Made by a program: the position numbers and the translations under genes. The notes beneath the pieces were generated by a model, which saw nothing but the letters and a program-made list of their open reading frames with translations, was not told where the DNA came from and searched no databases. Of a DNA stretch of 64,000 nt, positions 63,051 to 64,000 are shown one piece after another; position 1 is the first letter of the stretch; every line of letters starts with the position of its first letter. Origin of the DNA: Azolla caroliniana (taxonomy: Eukaryota; Plantae; Polypodiophyta); assembly GCA_043228905.1 (NCBI GenBank), contig JBHGNT010000005.1:8680001-8744000 (forward strand), read 5' to 3'.

Positions 63051-64000
63051 TGTCAGGAACAATACTAAGACAGAGAAGGAATTAGTACTAAAAGAAGTAT
63101 TAGTACTAAGAGAGGTGAAGAACTCTCGAGAGAAGGAAAGAGTGAGTGAGAGGGAGAGAGAGATAGATAGATAGAGAGAGAGAGATGATAAGAAAAGATA
63201 TATTATGTGAAGAGAATGTACAATAGTAGCTAGGAGGCTTAAGACTAGCGTTGAACCGATTTGGTTCGAAATAATGCCTCGTGCCTCCTTTTATAGTGTT
63301 CTAAGGAATACTCCTGAAGTTTCTAGAATGTTCCAGAGAAATCTGGAATATACATCAATTTTCTATAATAAAACATAAATGAAAACAATATTCTACGTAT
63401 TACAATGTATGGTCTAATGGTCAAGAGCTCGACCCATATAACATAAGGTCATGGGTTCGAGTCTTGCCATATCAGGACACTATCCCCCCTTTAAAACGAC
63501 GAGTGTAACGAGTCGTTTTGGATTGAGGACCTGGTTTGTCTGGATATTGATGATGGAAGTCTTCAAGAAGAGCATGAGCATTGGTGACATTCTTTATCGG
63601 TTCCCAAGTACGCTCACTGGGACTATATCCTAGCCAATCGACTAGATAGTAGAGCTTGTTGCGAACAATCTTGGAATCAAGGATGGCGGCAACCTCGTAC
63701 TCAGGTCCATCTTCAAGCTCGATCGGGGGTGGAGGCTATGTAATACGTCCTGGGATGGTGCTCTCTTGATAGGGTTCAAGGAGAGAACTATGAAACACCG
63801 GATGTATCCGATGTTGTGGAGGTAGATCGAGACGAAAAGCAACATCATTAATCTTTCCTATGATACGGAAAGGACCTAATCGCCGATAATCCAACTTCTC
63901 GCATGGGCGAGTAGTCTTGATGTGTCGTCGGAGTAGCCATACTCGATCTCCAATGTTAAAACTGGATGGGAGTCGATGACGATCCGCATAAACCTTGTGT
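63051..64000 (-). mobile_element. 3' end of a Ty3/gypsy chromovirus (integrase C-terminus, chromodomain, PPT, 3' LTR)
   Basis: Minus strand reads IGDRVWL...KLDYRRLGPF...IHPVFHSSLLEPY...EYEVAAILDSK...YYLVDWLGYSPSERTWEP. PPT AAAGGGGGGA at ~63484-63493. LTR 63051-63479 with TGTC...GACA ends. Confidence 0.92.
63403..63478 (+). other. Degenerate tRNA-like sequence (Pol III A and B boxes) inside the chromovirus LTR
   Basis: A-box TGGTCTAATGG at 63410-63420 and B-box GGTTCGAGTC at 63454-63463, in tRNA-like spacing. Stems are poorly paired, so it is not a functional tRNA. Confidence 0.55.

Noticed and set aside
63403-63478. Functional tRNA gene
   Set aside because: Acceptor, anticodon and T stems pair poorly. 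It is kept only as a tRNA-like cassette.

Overview
Eukaryotic land-plant nuclear DNA, not prokaryotic. A seed-free plant such as a fern is my inference from long intronless PLS-class PPR genes and fungal-like Tcn1-type chromoviruses. The central gene island (~9.5-47.6 kb) holds seven genes: a 10-exon DEAD-box RNA helicase, a PCC13-62-like desiccation-related ferritin-like gene, an epsilon-type 14-3-3, a Pumilio/PUF gene and three PLS-class PPR genes without DYW domains. Both flanks (1-8 kb and 48.9-64 kb) are nested, decayed retroelement stacks of Ty1/copia, Ty3/gypsy (including chromoviruses), solo LTRs and non-LTR LINEs; several boundaries could be fixed by TG...CA ends, PBS/PPT and TSDs. 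The most unusual observations are: (1) a young 2.4-kb non-coding LTR element with an inward-facing tRNA-3'-end match 5 nt from each LTR and no LTR-adjacent PPT; (2) a tRNA-like Pol III A/B-box cassette inside a chromovirus LTR; (3) a -1 frameshift signal at a gag-pol junction; (4) two insertions at the protease DSG codons of related copia copies; (5) a conserved LINE 3' hairpin with a microsatellite tail. All coordinates were read by eye and no searches were run.
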